Positions 12,973 through 22,985 of a stretch of DNA of 64,000 nucleotides are shown piece after piece; position 1 is the stretch's first letter; every line of letters starts with the position of its first letter. This stretch comes from Phycisphaerales bacterium (lineage in GTDB: Bacteria > Planctomycetota > Phycisphaerae > Phycisphaerales > JAGLTS01). The position numbers were made by a program, and so were the translations under genes. The notes beneath the pieces were generated by a model, which was given only the letters and a program-made list of their open reading frames with translations, did not search any database and had not been told where the DNA came from. The stretch lies in contig JAGLTS010000013.1 of assembly GCA_023135165.1 (NCBI GenBank), positions 19,462-83,461 on the forward strand, given 5' to 3'.

Positions 12973-14394
12973 TCAGCCGATCAGGCTGATGAGCCGGACG
13001 ACCTGCGCGATGATGAACGTGACGAGAAGCGCGAGACCCAACGGCATCAGCGTGCCGAGCACCGTCCAGCGGATGCGCTTCGTCTCTTTCCAGATCGTGT
13101 AGATCGTCGTGGCGCATGGGTTGTGCAAGAGCGAGAAGAGCATCAGGTTCACTGCGGTGAGCAGCGTCCAACCATGTTTGTCGACGAACAAGGCTCGCCA
13201 ATCGTCGGTCGAGGTAAGTTCCTCGGTCATCATGCTGTTGCCGAGGTAGAGCATGAGGATGGTCGGAACGACGATCTCGTTGGCGGGGATGGCGATGACG
13301 TATGCGAGCAGGATCACGCCGTCCAAGCCGATCGCCCGACCGATGGGATCGAGCGCGCCGGTGCAATACTGCGCCAGGGATGTATCGCCGATGGTGATGT
13401 TGGCGAGGAGCCAGATGATCGCGCCCGCGGGCGCTGCGCAGACGATCGCCCGCCAGAGAACAAAGAGGGTGCGGTCGATCAGCGATGTGTAGAGGATGCG
13501 GAGGATGCTCGGCCGACGGTATGGGGGCAGCTCGAGCGTGAAGGCGGACGGTTCACCCCGCAGGACCGTGCGTGAGAGGATCGCGGAGATGACAAGCGTA
13601 GCGAGCACACCCAGCACGACGACCATTACGATTGAGCCGGCAGCAGCGACGGATGCGACGCCCGGCGGTGCGGACACGGCGACGAACACCGTCGCGAGCA
13701 GAATGAGCGTTGGCCAGCGACCGTTACATGGCACGAAGTTGTTGGTGAGGATCGCGATGAGGCGTTCGCGCGGCGAGTCAATCGTTCGGCATGCGATGAC
13801 GCCCGCTGCATTGCATCCGAAGCCCATGCTCATCGTGAGGACTTGTTTGCCGTGCGCCCCGGCCTTGCTGAAGAGCCGATCGAGGTTGAAGGCGACACGT
13901 GGCAGGTAGCCGAGGTCTTCGAGGATGGTGAACATTGGGAAGAAGATCGCCATGGGCGGGAGCATGACGGCGACGACCCACGCCAGTGCGCGGTACACGC
14001 CGTGCCAGACCAAGCCGGTCAACCATGACGGCGCGCCGAGCCGCTCAAAGGCCGCGCTGCACACATCCTCGATGTGGAATAGGCCCGTGGCGAGCAGTTC
14101 GGATGGGTAGTTCGCGCCGGTGATCGTGATCCAGAAGATGACGGCGAGCAGCACGAGCATGAGCGGCAGGCCGAAGGCGGGTGAGGTGATAAACCGGTCG
14201 AACGTGTGATCCCAGTCGCGGGTTCGGCGGTCGGTCCGCGTAACGGCTCGGCCGGCGATTCGATGTGCATCGTCGTAGATGGCTTGGACGAGGTCGTCTC
14301 TGAAGCTGCCGTGCAGCGTGCTGCGCAGCGAGGCGGCGCGCGACAGGATCGCCTCAGCAGGCGTTACGGCGGGATCGCTTTGCTCGGGCGTCAC
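12973..14394 (-). CDS. feoB: FeoB membrane/gate domain protein (C-terminal half of a split FeoB)
   Basis: LEDLGYLPRVAFNLD, MGFGCNAAG, FVPCNGR, LELPPYRRP, HNPCATT; GTG start overlaps the upstream stop (GTGA). Confidence 0.85.
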   Translation of the reverse strand: MTPEQSDPAVTPAEAILSRAASLRSTLHGSFRDDLVQAIYDDAHRIAGRAVTRTDRRTRDWDHTFDRFITSPAFGLPLMLVLLAVIFWITITGANYPSELLATGLFHIEDVCSAAFERLGAPSWLTGLVWHGVYRALAWVVAVMLPPMAIFFPMFTILEDLGYLPRVAFNLDRLFSKAGAHGKQVLTMSMGFGCNAAGVIACRTIDSPRERLIAILTNNFVPCNGRWPTLILLATVFVAVSAPPGVASVAAAGSIVMVVVLGVLATLVISAILSRTVLRGEPSAFTLELPPYRRPSILRILYTSLIDRTLFVLWRAIVCAAPAGAIIWLLANITIGDTSLAQYCTGALDPIGRAIGLDGVILLAYVIAIPANEIVVPTILMLYLGNSMMTEELTSTDDWRALFVDKHGWTLLTAVNLMLFSLLHNPCATTIYTIWKETKRIRWTVLGTLMPLGLALLVTFIIAQVVRLISLIG

Positions 14395-15209
14395 TGCGAA
14401 GGCTCCGCGCTGATTGTCAGCGACGTGTGACGGCCCGGCTCGGCCTGGCGCGCCGCGATGTCGGCGAGTTCGCCGCTGAGGAGCGCCTGCTGAACGTGGT
14501 GATCGCCGTCGAGCAGACGCACAGCCACCCATCGCGCGTTTGGAAGTCCGGGCACAGCCTGTTCGATGAGTGGAACAAGCTCCGATACAGCCCGCTGGAA
14601 CGCACCGTCTCGCATGACGTGGTGCGGCGAAGTCCTGACTTCGCCTTGCACAATCCGATCGATCGTTTCGAGAAGCAGGGGCAGCCCCTCGCCTGTCCTC
14701 GCGCTTGTCGCCACGACAGGCACGCCGAGATCCGCTGCGAGGATATCCGTGTCAACGCGCAGTCCTTTCCGCCGCGCTTCGTCGATCAGGTTCACACACA
14801 CGACGACCCGATCACTGATTTCGAGCACTTGCAGCACGAGGTTCAGATTCCGTTCCAGACACGTGGCATCCGTGATGACGACGGTGCAGTCCGGCTGACC
14901 GAAGAGGATGGAATCGCGCGCGATCTCTTCATCCTGTGCGGCGGAGAGCAGCGAGTATGTGCCCGGCAGATCGACGAGCTTGTAGCGTTTGCCCGCGAAG
15001 CTGTATCCGCCCTCAGCCCGGCTCACCGTCTTGCCCGGCCAGTTGCCGGTGTGTTGTCTCAGGCCTGTCAGGGCGTTGAAGACGCTGCTCTTGCCCGTAT
15101 TGGGGTTGCCCGCGAGGACGATGATGTAATCAGCCTTGCCGACGTCCAGTCCCATTCGGGCGAGTCCCGCGGATGCCGGGCATGTCGAGCAGCGGGTGCG
15201 GTCAGCCAT
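14391..15209 (-). CDS. feoB: FeoB small GTPase domain protein (N-terminal half of a split FeoB)
   Basis: G1 AGNPNTGKS, GNWPGKTV, G3 DLPGTYSL, G4 NLID; no transmembrane segments. Confidence 0.88.
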   Translation of the reverse strand: MADRTRCSTCPASAGLARMGLDVGKADYIIVLAGNPNTGKSSVFNALTGLRQHTGNWPGKTVSRAEGGYSFAGKRYKLVDLPGTYSLLSAAQDEEIARDSILFGQPDCTVVITDATCLERNLNLVLQVLEISDRVVVCVNLIDEARRKGLRVDTDILAADLGVPVVATSARTGEGLPLLLETIDRIVQGEVRTSPHHVMRDGAFQRAVSELVPLIEQAVPGLPNARWVAVRLLDGDHHVQQALLSGELADIAARQAEPGRHTSLTISAEPSQ

Positions 15210-16164
15210 GGCGCTGCTCCGATGAGCCTGCGGGTCGAATCAACACGCGTTGGGCTTGATCGCGCCGCAGTGCGATGAGCGAGCCGCGCACGCGGTACGC
15301 CGTCGGATCGCCGAGGAAACCGGTGTACTGCGATGTGACGACGGCGCCGGGTGTGAGGCCCAGGTCGAGCAATCGTCGTCGTGTGAAGCCGCGCAATGTA
15401 TCGTCGAGTTCGTGGACGATCGCGTCTTGCCCCCGTTTGAGCGTGGTGAGCGGCGTGACGAACGGCAGCGTTGTGATGGGGGCTGCCGGCCCGACGAACA
15501 CGTTGGCAGCGATGATCGGCGCGAGGGTGTACGTCTCGCGATCATCCGCGAAGACGATTCGCGCTGCGTCCGCTTCGATAACCTTGATGCGTTGGCCGGG
15601 GCGGAGACCCTCTGCTGCGAGTTGTGAGAAGACGGCGGCGGGTTCATCTTCGAGGTGAACGATCACGGCTGGCACGTCCGTGGGCCATTCGGTGAGGGGT
15701 TTCGAGGCGGGGTCGGGCAGTCGGCCGTCCGCTGTGGGGATCGGATCGCCGTGCGGGTCCGTCGTGGGATAGCCCATCGCGGCTTCGAGCGCCTGGATGT
15801 CGCGCGGCGTGCGGCGGTGCTCTCGGCGGTCGGCGACGGCGTGGATGCTCGTGAGCGGCATGCGCGCCTCATCCGCGAGGTATCGCTCCCACAATCGGTG
15901 CGCGCGGATGACTTGCAGCGCCATGCGCGTGCCGTCGGGCGTCAGGCATACGCCGCCCGCTGTGGAGCGCAGCCAGCCCTGTGCTTCGATGTGCTGACAG
16001 AGGCGAACGACAGCGCGCGACGGGATGCCGATGGCGCCGGCGAGTGAGTCGATCGTCGCGCGGTGTCCTCGCCATTCGCAAGCGTGCAGGTGCTTGAGCG
16101 CATCTTCGATGAGTACGCGCCGGCGGGCCTCTCGTATTCGCGACCACCAGGTGAGCGGACCCAT
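15202..16164 (-). CDS. DtxR/MntR-family metalloregulator fused to two FeoA (SH3-like) domains
   Basis: EDALKHL wHTH, RAHRLWERYL, DPHGDPIP, then GLRPGQRIKV and RRLLDLGLTPG...LGDPTAYRVRG. Confidence 0.85.
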   Translation of the reverse strand: MGPLTWWSRIREARRRVLIEDALKHLHACEWRGHRATIDSLAGAIGIPSRAVVRLCQHIEAQGWLRSTAGGVCLTPDGTRMALQVIRAHRLWERYLADEARMPLTSIHAVADRREHRRTPRDIQALEAAMGYPTTDPHGDPIPTADGRLPDPASKPLTEWPTDVPAVIVHLEDEPAAVFSQLAAEGLRPGQRIKVIEADAARIVFADDRETYTLAPIIAANVFVGPAAPITTLPFVTPLTTLKRGQDAIVHELDDTLRGFTRRRLLDLGLTPGAVVTSQYTGFLGDPTAYRVRGSLIALRRDQAQRVLIRPAGSSEQRHG

Positions 16165-16168
16165 CGTA

Positions 16169-16597
16169 CTAGTCCTTTTCGGCGCGTTGGTCGATGAACC
16201 GGGCCATGCAGCGCAGCGTGGCTTGGCCGACGTGGTGCTCAATCCCCTCAGCGTCACGGTGGGCGTCTTCATCCGGGACGCCGATGGCCTGGAGGAATGC
16301 GTGGACAATGTCGTGTCGGCGCCTGCTCTGTGCGGCGAGTTTCTCACCGGCTGCGGTCAGCCGAATCGGTCGATGCGGCTGGGTTTGGACCAGGTTCGCC
16401 TCCTGCAGTCGGGCGACGGTGCGCGTGACCGTGACGTGCGACACGCCCATGTGCGCAGCGAGATCCTTGACACGGCATTCACCTGTCTGGTGGAGGATGT
16501 CGGAGATCGCCTCGACGTAGTCCTCAGCCGTCTCGGTCATGTGGTCACGACGGACTTTCGCGAAGGCGGTTGTGGGTGTTGAGCGGGCGCGGTTCAT
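16169..16597 (-). CDS. mntR: Manganese-binding transcriptional regulator (MntR-like)
   Basis: ETAEDYVEAISD, LAAHMGVSHVTV, RRRHDIV, DAEGIEHH. Confidence 0.85.
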   Translation of the reverse strand: MNRARSTPTTAFAKVRRDHMTETAEDYVEAISDILHQTGECRVKDLAAHMGVSHVTVTRTVARLQEANLVQTQPHRPIRLTAAGEKLAAQSRRRHDIVHAFLQAIGVPDEDAHRDAEGIEHHVGQATLRCMARFIDQRAEKD

Positions 16598-16635
16598 CAG
16601 TGATCCCTAAAGCCAATTCCGGAGTGATTTATGAT

Positions 16636-16651
16636 TGTAGCACAGGCTACA
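16636..16651. promoter_or_regulatory. MntR-type operator palindrome
   Basis: TGTAGC-ACAG-GCTACA, 39 bp upstream of mntR; same TAGC-N4-GCTA core as the enterobacterial MntR box. Confidence 0.7.
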
Positions 16652-16851
16652 TATCGGGACAAGTACGTCCTGCTGGAATCCGCACAGATGTCCCTTGAGA
16701 TAGCATGATTGGCGTGATTCAGCCGTCTTGTGGCCTTCGGCGGCACGGAGATCCGGGATGGCGGCTTGACGAACGGGTATCTTGTGCTACAAGGGGCGGC
16801 CCGGTGGAGGAATCGGACAGGGCAAGGCCCGGCGGGCAGGAGCAGACGCGA

Positions 16852-18609
16852 GTGACGGCAGATGAGTCTCGCACAGCCGATGGTCGGACGCACGCCGGCG
16901 TCCATACGGTCGCGCCGCTTCGGATCGCCGTGGCGTGCGATCGCAGATTCGGCCTGATCTGGCTGCTCACGATCATCCTCCTGGCGGCGCTCTTGCCGCT
17001 GCTGACCGTCGCGGTGGTGACCTACGACGACTCCCGCACGACGCGATGGCTGGAGGGGCTGTATCAACGCAAGACGCTCGCGGCTGAGCTTCGGGCGGAT
17101 GACCCACAAGGGTGCATACTCATCCTCGGCGGGTCGAACGCACTCTTCGGGCTGGATGCGGAACTGATCGAACGAATGTTGGATCGGCCTGTCGTGAACA
17201 TGGCGACACACGCCGGTATGGGATTGGAGTATCACACACTGCGCGCCCGGCGTCTTCTCGCGCCCGGCGACATCGTCCTGCTCTCGCCCGAGTATGAGAT
17301 GCTCACCGCCAGCGACGCCATGATCGATGTCTGCTGGGAGTACATCATCACGCACGATGCGCGGTACTTCCGTGACATCGGCCTGCGGCGAAGCGCCAAG
17401 CTGCTGTACTCGGTCCCGATCGAGGAATACACCGGCTCGCTTGAGCGCTGGAGCAGACGCCTGCGCGGTCGGCACGCCGACTGGAAGGGCTACAACTTCC
17501 TTGAACTCAGCCCCAACGGTGACCTGCGACGATACTACGGCAAACGGAACTTCGAAGTGAAGCACCGATTCCTGGCGGAGAACTTCGAGACGGTTGCGAT
17601 GCGCCGGTTCCGTTCATTCGTACAGTGGGCGCACGACCATGATGTGACTGTGATGTTGACTTGGCCGAGCATTTGCAGGGATCCGGTGACGATGTCGGAG
17701 CAGGCGAGGAGTCGGCAGCGCAACCTTGCGAAGCGGATGCGCGACATGGGCGTCGTGCTGCTCGATGAGCCGGAGCAGCGCATCTACCCGCGCGAGTTCT
17801 TCGCCGACACGCCTTATCACCTCACGCCGGCTGTGCGCAGGCTGCGCAGCGAATCGGTGGCTCGCGGATTGAGGTCGACGCTCGGCGAAACTCCCGACTC
17901 AGATGATGAGGGCGGGCTGTTTGTGATGGCCGGTCCCAATCATGTGTTGACGCCGGGAAACGTGTTTGCAGACGATCAGGATGTGCGCAGCGTGCTTCTG
18001 GTTCGTGAGCCGGTCGACCATCCGGATGCGGTGACAGCGGAGGATGTGCGGGCGGCGCTTGACGCGGGCCGACCGGTTTTCTTCGACGAACCCGCGGTTG
18101 AGCAGGTCTTCCGTAACGCCGGGCTCAGCGCCGAGGCTGTGGCTGCGGCGGATGTGTCGCTGTCCGATTTGATCGATCGGCATCAGAACCACCTGTTCTT
18201 CCTGACGTTTGTGGGTGCGGACTCGTGGGACGGCGAAGGGGCGTCGAATCTGCCCGAGCCGTTCGCCTCGTTCGTGGCGGGTGAGGGATATCGCGTGGCC
18301 TTGATCGGCACTGGGCGCGCCCGGTCGCACGACCGAATCGAGCGCAGTCCGGATGGCGCACGGATCGAGCGCAGGATGTACTACCGCCTCGGCACCGGCG
18401 ACAGGTCGCCGCTGGATGTCGTGCTTCGTAGCGGGCCGGGCGACGAGGTGAGCGCACTGGTGCTGAACGGAATCGAATTGAGCGGGTCCAGAGCGGGGTT
18501 TCACATCGCAGTGCTCGACCCGGAGCTTGGGATCATTGTCGATCGCGCATTCTTTCCGAATGGTAAGCCGATCCGTGCGTGGAGGCTCATGCGAGCAGTT
18601 GGTCAGTAG
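16852..18609 (+). CDS. SGNH-like O-acyltransferase partner (AlgJ/DltD/PatB-like) with a C-terminal ILEI-like extension
   Basis: N-terminal TM, ILGGSN, FADTPYHL (DxxH-like); adjacent to an MBOAT; GTG 16852 follows CAGGAG. Confidence 0.65.
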   Translation: MTADESRTADGRTHAGVHTVAPLRIAVACDRRFGLIWLLTIILLAALLPLLTVAVVTYDDSRTTRWLEGLYQRKTLAAELRADDPQGCILILGGSNALFGLDAELIERMLDRPVVNMATHAGMGLEYHTLRARRLLAPGDIVLLSPEYEMLTASDAMIDVCWEYIITHDARYFRDIGLRRSAKLLYSVPIEEYTGSLERWSRRLRGRHADWKGYNFLELSPNGDLRRYYGKRNFEVKHRFLAENFETVAMRRFRSFVQWAHDHDVTVMLTWPSICRDPVTMSEQARSRQRNLAKRMRDMGVVLLDEPEQRIYPREFFADTPYHLTPAVRRLRSESVARGLRSTLGETPDSDDEGGLFVMAGPNHVLTPGNVFADDQDVRSVLLVREPVDHPDAVTAEDVRAALDAGRPVFFDEPAVEQVFRNAGLSAEAVAAADVSLSDLIDRHQNHLFFLTFVGADSWDGEGASNLPEPFASFVAGEGYRVALIGTGRARSHDRIERSPDGARIERRMYYRLGTGDRSPLDVVLRSGPGDEVSALVLNGIELSGSRAGFHIAVLDPELGIIVDRAFFPNGKPIRAWRLMRAVGQ

Positions 18610-18611
18610 GC

Positions 18612-20033
18612 ATGCTGTTTATCAGTTTCCAGTTCGTGTTTGTGTTCCTGCCTACGGCGCTTGTGCTGTACTACGGATTGGGACGCCTCAAGAGCGATCA
18701 GCCGGCCAAGGCGAGCCTGGCGATCATGTCGCTCGTCTTCTATGCCTACTGGGATTGGCAATCCGGCTGGGAAACGAAGTATATCTTCCTGCTCCTCTCA
18801 AGCCTCGTCGTCAACTTCACGATCGGTACGCTGCTTGCGCGCCAACCCTCCAAGCCGCTGCTCGCGCTTGGGATCTCACTGAACCTCGGCGCGATCGCGT
18901 ACTACAAGTACGCCGGTTTCCTGGTGGCGAACTACGCTGCCGTGACGGGCTGGGGCATACAGGTGCCGAGCATCGTTCTGCCGCTGGGCATTTCGTTCTT
19001 CACGTTTCAGCAGATCGCGTTTCTTGTGGATGCGCATCGCGGTGAGGCGGAGGAGCTGAATCCGGTCCGCTACAGCCTGTTCGTGGCGTTCTTCCCGCAG
19101 CTCATCGCCGGGCCGATCGTGCATCACAAGGAGATGATGCCGCAGTTCGCAAAGCGTGATGTGTGCCGATGGAAGTCATCCGCGATTTACGCAGGTCTTG
19201 CGGTCTTCACGATCGGGCTTGCGAAGAAGATCGTCATCGCTGACACGTGCGGGCCTTGGGCCGGGGCTGTGTTCGCGACGACGAGTGATCTGTCGATGAT
19301 CGAGGCGTGGAGCGGGGCGCTCGCGTACACGATGCAGATCTACTTCGACTTCTCAGGCTACAGCGATATGGCGATCGGGCTGGGGATGATGTTCGGCGTA
19401 CGCATCCCGGAGAACTTCAACGCGCCGTACAAAGCCATCAGTATCATCGACTTCTGGCGGCGCTGGCACATGACGCTCTCGCGCTTTTTGCGCGATTACC
19501 TGTACATTCCGCTTGGGGGGAATCGGCGCGGCAAGTCCAGGCGGTATATGAACCTCATGCTCACGATGCTGCTCGGCGGACTCTGGCACGGGGCGAGTTG
19601 GACGTTTGTCATCTGGGGCGGGTACCACGGGCTGCTGCTTGTCGTCGTTCACGTCTGGCGGCGCTTCGGCCAACCAATGCCGATGTGGGTGGCGCGGACG
19701 ATCACGTTCGTTGCGGTGGTTGCGGGATGGGTTGTCTTTCGAGCGACGAGCATGGGTCAGGCAGGTGAGATCCTGAAGTCAATGTGCGATGTGTCAACGC
19801 TTCGTTTCAAGGATCTCTCGCTCATTCCCGGCGGCTGGTGGCAGGCGGGCTTGCTCGGCGCGCTGGTGGTGTTTGTGAACTTCGCCCCAACGACGCGGTC
19901 GTGGACGGAAGGCCGAACGCTGCGGACGAGGCACGCGGTGCTGCTCGGCGCATTGTTCTTCCTGTGTCTACTCCTGATGCGCGACACGCACCTGGCGAAA
20001 CGCACAAGTGAGTTCATCTACTTCCAGTTCTAA
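18612..20033 (+). CDS. MBOAT O-acyltransferase (AlgI/PatA/DltB family)
   Basis: LPLGISFFTFQ, FFPQLIAGPI, YFDFSGYSDMAIG, FWRRWHMTLS, GLWHGA, terminal EFIYFQF. Confidence 0.95.
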   Translation: MLFISFQFVFVFLPTALVLYYGLGRLKSDQPAKASLAIMSLVFYAYWDWQSGWETKYIFLLLSSLVVNFTIGTLLARQPSKPLLALGISLNLGAIAYYKYAGFLVANYAAVTGWGIQVPSIVLPLGISFFTFQQIAFLVDAHRGEAEELNPVRYSLFVAFFPQLIAGPIVHHKEMMPQFAKRDVCRWKSSAIYAGLAVFTIGLAKKIVIADTCGPWAGAVFATTSDLSMIEAWSGALAYTMQIYFDFSGYSDMAIGLGMMFGVRIPENFNAPYKAISIIDFWRRWHMTLSRFLRDYLYIPLGGNRRGKSRRYMNLMLTMLLGGLWHGASWTFVIWGGYHGLLLVVVHVWRRFGQPMPMWVARTITFVAVVAGWVVFRATSMGQAGEILKSMCDVSTLRFKDLSLIPGGWWQAGLLGALVVFVNFAPTTRSWTEGRTLRTRHAVLLGALFFLCLLLMRDTHLAKRTSEFIYFQF

Positions 20034-20042
20034 CGGGGAAGA

Positions 20043-20079
20043 TCGTCCGCGCGACGGCTCGCTGCGGAGGGGCGGACGA
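20043..20079. terminator. Hairpin between the convergent MBOAT gene and tRNA
   Basis: TCGTCCGC...GCGGACGA stem; interior carries the reverse complement of the AGCGAGCCG REP-like motif. Confidence 0.45.
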
Positions 20080-20081
20080 AA

Positions 20082-20170
20082 CGGACAGGGTGGGATTCGA
20101 ACCCACGGTAGAGGTAACCCCCTACGCCGGTTTAGCAAACCGGTGCCTTCAGCCGCTCGGCCACCTGTCC
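20082..20170 (-). tRNA. tRNA-Ser (anticodon GCT), CCA not encoded
   Basis: Minus strand GGACAGGTGGCCGAGCGGCTGAAGGCACCGGTTTGCTAAACCGG...GGGTTCGAATCCCACCCTGTCCG; long variable arm, G discriminator. Confidence 0.97.
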
Positions 20171-20184
20171 TGTTAGGGGCGGCG

Positions 20185-20213
20185 ATTGTCGCAGATCGAA
20201 CTGATTGGGTCAA
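20185..20213 (-). promoter_or_regulatory. sigma70-type promoter of tRNA-Ser
   Basis: TTGACC-N17-GACAAT with TG extension, followed by a GC-rich discriminator CGCCGCCCC. Confidence 0.6.
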
Positions 20214-20261
20214 TTGCCAAGCAGGGCGGGTGAGCGTCCCGGCTGCTGGCTGTGCGGTGGG

Positions 20262-21714
20262 TTACGCAGCCTTGACGAGTTGCACATCCTTGGGCAACTG
20301 CATGATGCGCTCGATGAGCTGTGCGAACCAAGGTCGCAGGCCGTCGCAGTCGTCGATCCATTCGGTGCGCGCCAGATCATCCGCGAGATCCTGACGGACG
20401 TACCGGCGGACATCACGGTCGGCAGCGGCGAGCGCGAGCGTGACGGCGGCGGCGACTCGGCCGGCTGCTGCGGGGTCGTACTGCCGCGTCGCCTCAAGCT
20501 CCTCCTGCAACCAGCGTTCGAGCTGCGTCTCGCTGGGAATATGCTGCGTCCGAAGGAGCAGCGCAGCATCGACAAAGGCGCGGGTCGCCTCGTTGTACTG
20601 GCTGTCGAATACGAAGACAGCCCCTCGCTGGAGCATGGCGGCGGGTTCGTCGCGCAACCGATCGGTGGCGTCGGTGACGGCTCGGACCCAAGGCCCGATG
20701 TCGCCGGTCTGGCCGGTCAGGCCGAACCACGTCGTCACGAGTCGCGCGCAGGCAGTGTGGGCTGGGCCTGTTGCTTTACTGCGAAGGAGCGAGCCAATCG
20801 TGTGTGTGAGTTTCGCCGGTGCGTACGGCTGCCTCCCTGTGAAGAGGTCGTCGAGCGTCAGGCGATGTGGCGACCGGCTCAAAGCGGCGAGTGCGACCGC
20901 CAGATCGAATACTGCCCGGGCATGCGTTTGGTTCGCTAGATCGACGCCCGGCAGGATCGTCTCACCCGCATCGGCGCGAGGGGAAAAGACATGCATCATC
21001 GTCGCCGGAAGAGGCTGGCCGTAGTCGAGCAGCGCGCCGGGCTTGTGCTCAGCCTGCGCGGTGACGATGTAGATCGTGTGCTTGCGATCGGACGAATCGT
21101 CCATCGCGCCGATGTCGGCGAAGAGCGATGGGCTGAGCGACGGCTGCTCGGCGTGCACGTACGCATCCAGGCGGTCGGCGGCGATCACCTCCTGGGATGT
21201 GCGGTCGTCGCGCGGGTTGACATGGATGAATCGCACGTTGATGTCGCCGGGGAATCGGCTGGGCAGCGCGGCGAGGTCGATGCCTGCGACGCCGATGCGC
21301 AACGGGCAGTCGGGGATGCAGCGCAGCGCCGTGCGGGCAAGTGAGCCGACCAAGCCGTCGCTGCGGTGGATGACCTGCTCGGCGAGGGCGCGCTTGGCTT
21401 GCCGCGGCGAGACGGGCGGTGCGGCGTGGTCGGTGCTGCGGCGGCGGCGTGAGTCTTCGATGGTGTCGAACAGGCGTTTTCGCAGCGCAACGAGACGGAA
21501 GGCGGGCGTGATCGAAGGTCTTCCGCGAGCGTGCCAGAGGATGGCGATGCCGCCGGTCAGGGCGAGCCACAGACCGATCGGCGTTCCGAGAACCTTGGCG
21601 GTGAGCCAGGGCGTGCCGAGCAGTGAGGCTGCGATGAGGATCAGTCCCGCAGCGACGCTGTAGAGGCAGAGCGTCACCAGTGTCCCGTTGCTGTTCTTCC
21701 GCATGTTGGATTGC
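20262..21714 (-). CDS. Hypothetical protein with two N-terminal TM helices and a helical/TPR-like C-terminus (start uncertain)
   Basis: Long ORF with host-like codon use; no catalytic motif recognised. Confidence 0.6.
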
Positions 21715-22025
21715 ATACCGCAAGATCGGCCGGGGCGGCGTCCGTCGTGAGACGCCAGCGCAGAGAAGCGCGACGCGGGCATGCCCCAACGCGCACAACT
21801 GGACCGGCGGCGCGAATCCGTCGCATAGCTGGCGCATGCTGCGTATTCGGACGGCTGAGCATCAGGGCGCGGGGTGGGGGGATTCGTCGCCGGGGAGCGT
21901 GAAGCCGCGAGCGGCGTCGGCGGGCGGCAAATGCGTGTATATTCGCCACCGAAGTGCAGCCGACGTGTCCCGCTGGTCGATGTCGGCCAAGTACGCGCGA
22001 GCGCAGCCCACCGGAGCCTATCGGC

Positions 22026-22976
22026 ATGGTCAAAGACCTTGTGCGCCTGGCACGTCCCCTAGATTGGACGAAGAACGTCTTCGTTCTGCCAGCCCTGATC
22101 TACAGCGGGGAGTGGCGAAGCACGATCGGACCCGGGCAGTGGGAACCGAACTGGACGGCGATCCTCGGCACGCTCGGAGCATTCATCGCATTCAGCCTGC
22201 TGGCCAGTGCGATTTATGCGGTCAACGACACGCTGGACCGTGACAAGGACCGTCTGCACCCGGTCAAATGCCGCCGGCCGGTGGCGAGCGGCGTTATCTC
22301 GCCATCGACGGCGACGACGTTCGCGCTCCTGCTCGCCGTGGCTGCGTTCGGCCTGTCCTCACAAATCAACCCACCTTACCTCACGGCGGCGCTGCTCATG
22401 TACGTGCTGCTACAAGTGGCGTACAACCTCGGGCTGAAGCGCATCATGCTGCTGGATGTGATGGCGATCTCCACGGGGTTCGTCCTTCGCGCGCTGGCGG
22501 GCGGTGCTGCGGTGCCCACTCGGGTTTCGCTGTGGCTGATTCTCTGCGTCTTTTTCCTCTGTCTGTACCTGGGCTTTGTCAAAAGGATGTGCGACCTCCA
22601 GTCAGCCACCAAGCAAGGTGAGACGCAGTGGAGGTCACCGGCTGGGTACGACCACGAGGAGGACATCTCCTGGCTGCTCGGATTCACCGGCGTGCTGTCG
22701 ATCGTGATGTACGTGATGTACGCGTTGTCGTCGCATACGACTCGGCTCTTCGGGTACAGCGCGACGGCGTTCGTCTTGATGGTGCCGATCCCGATCATGG
22801 TGATGCACAGGATGTACATGTGCGCCAAGCGCGGCGAATCGGACAGCCCGCTCGGGTCGCTTCGCCAAGACCCCGTGGTGATGATCGGCGGGATTTTGTT
22901 CCTGCTCGGCACGGTGACGATCATCTATGCACCGGGCGTCGACGATTTGATCCGGAAGTTCTTCCTTATGGAGTAG
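22026..22976 (+). CDS. UbiA-family prenyltransferase, polyprenyl-phosphate phosphoribosyltransferase (Rv3806c-like)
   Basis: RLARPLDWTKNVFV, IYAVNDTLDRDKDRLHPVKCRRPVASG, YNLGLKRIMLLDV, GFVLRALAG. Confidence 0.85.
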   Translation: MVKDLVRLARPLDWTKNVFVLPALIYSGEWRSTIGPGQWEPNWTAILGTLGAFIAFSLLASAIYAVNDTLDRDKDRLHPVKCRRPVASGVISPSTATTFALLLAVAAFGLSSQINPPYLTAALLMYVLLQVAYNLGLKRIMLLDVMAISTGFVLRALAGGAAVPTRVSLWLILCVFFLCLYLGFVKRMCDLQSATKQGETQWRSPAGYDHEEDISWLLGFTGVLSIVMYVMYALSSHTTRLFGYSATAFVLMVPIPIMVMHRMYMCAKRGESDSPLGSLRQDPVVMIGGILFLLGTVTIIYAPGVDDLIRKFFLME

Positions 22977-22985
22977 GAGCACGCC

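Noticed and set aside
14391-14394. feoB pseudogene caused by a frameshift
   Set aside because: Both halves keep intact motifs and are joined by a GTGA start/stop overlap typical of translational coupling
16814-16822. CGGACAGGG matches the tRNA-Ser 3' end and could be an att site delimiting the SGNH-MBOAT pair
   Set aside because: Only 9 bp, plausible by chance in 64 kb of GC-rich DNA, and no integrase is present
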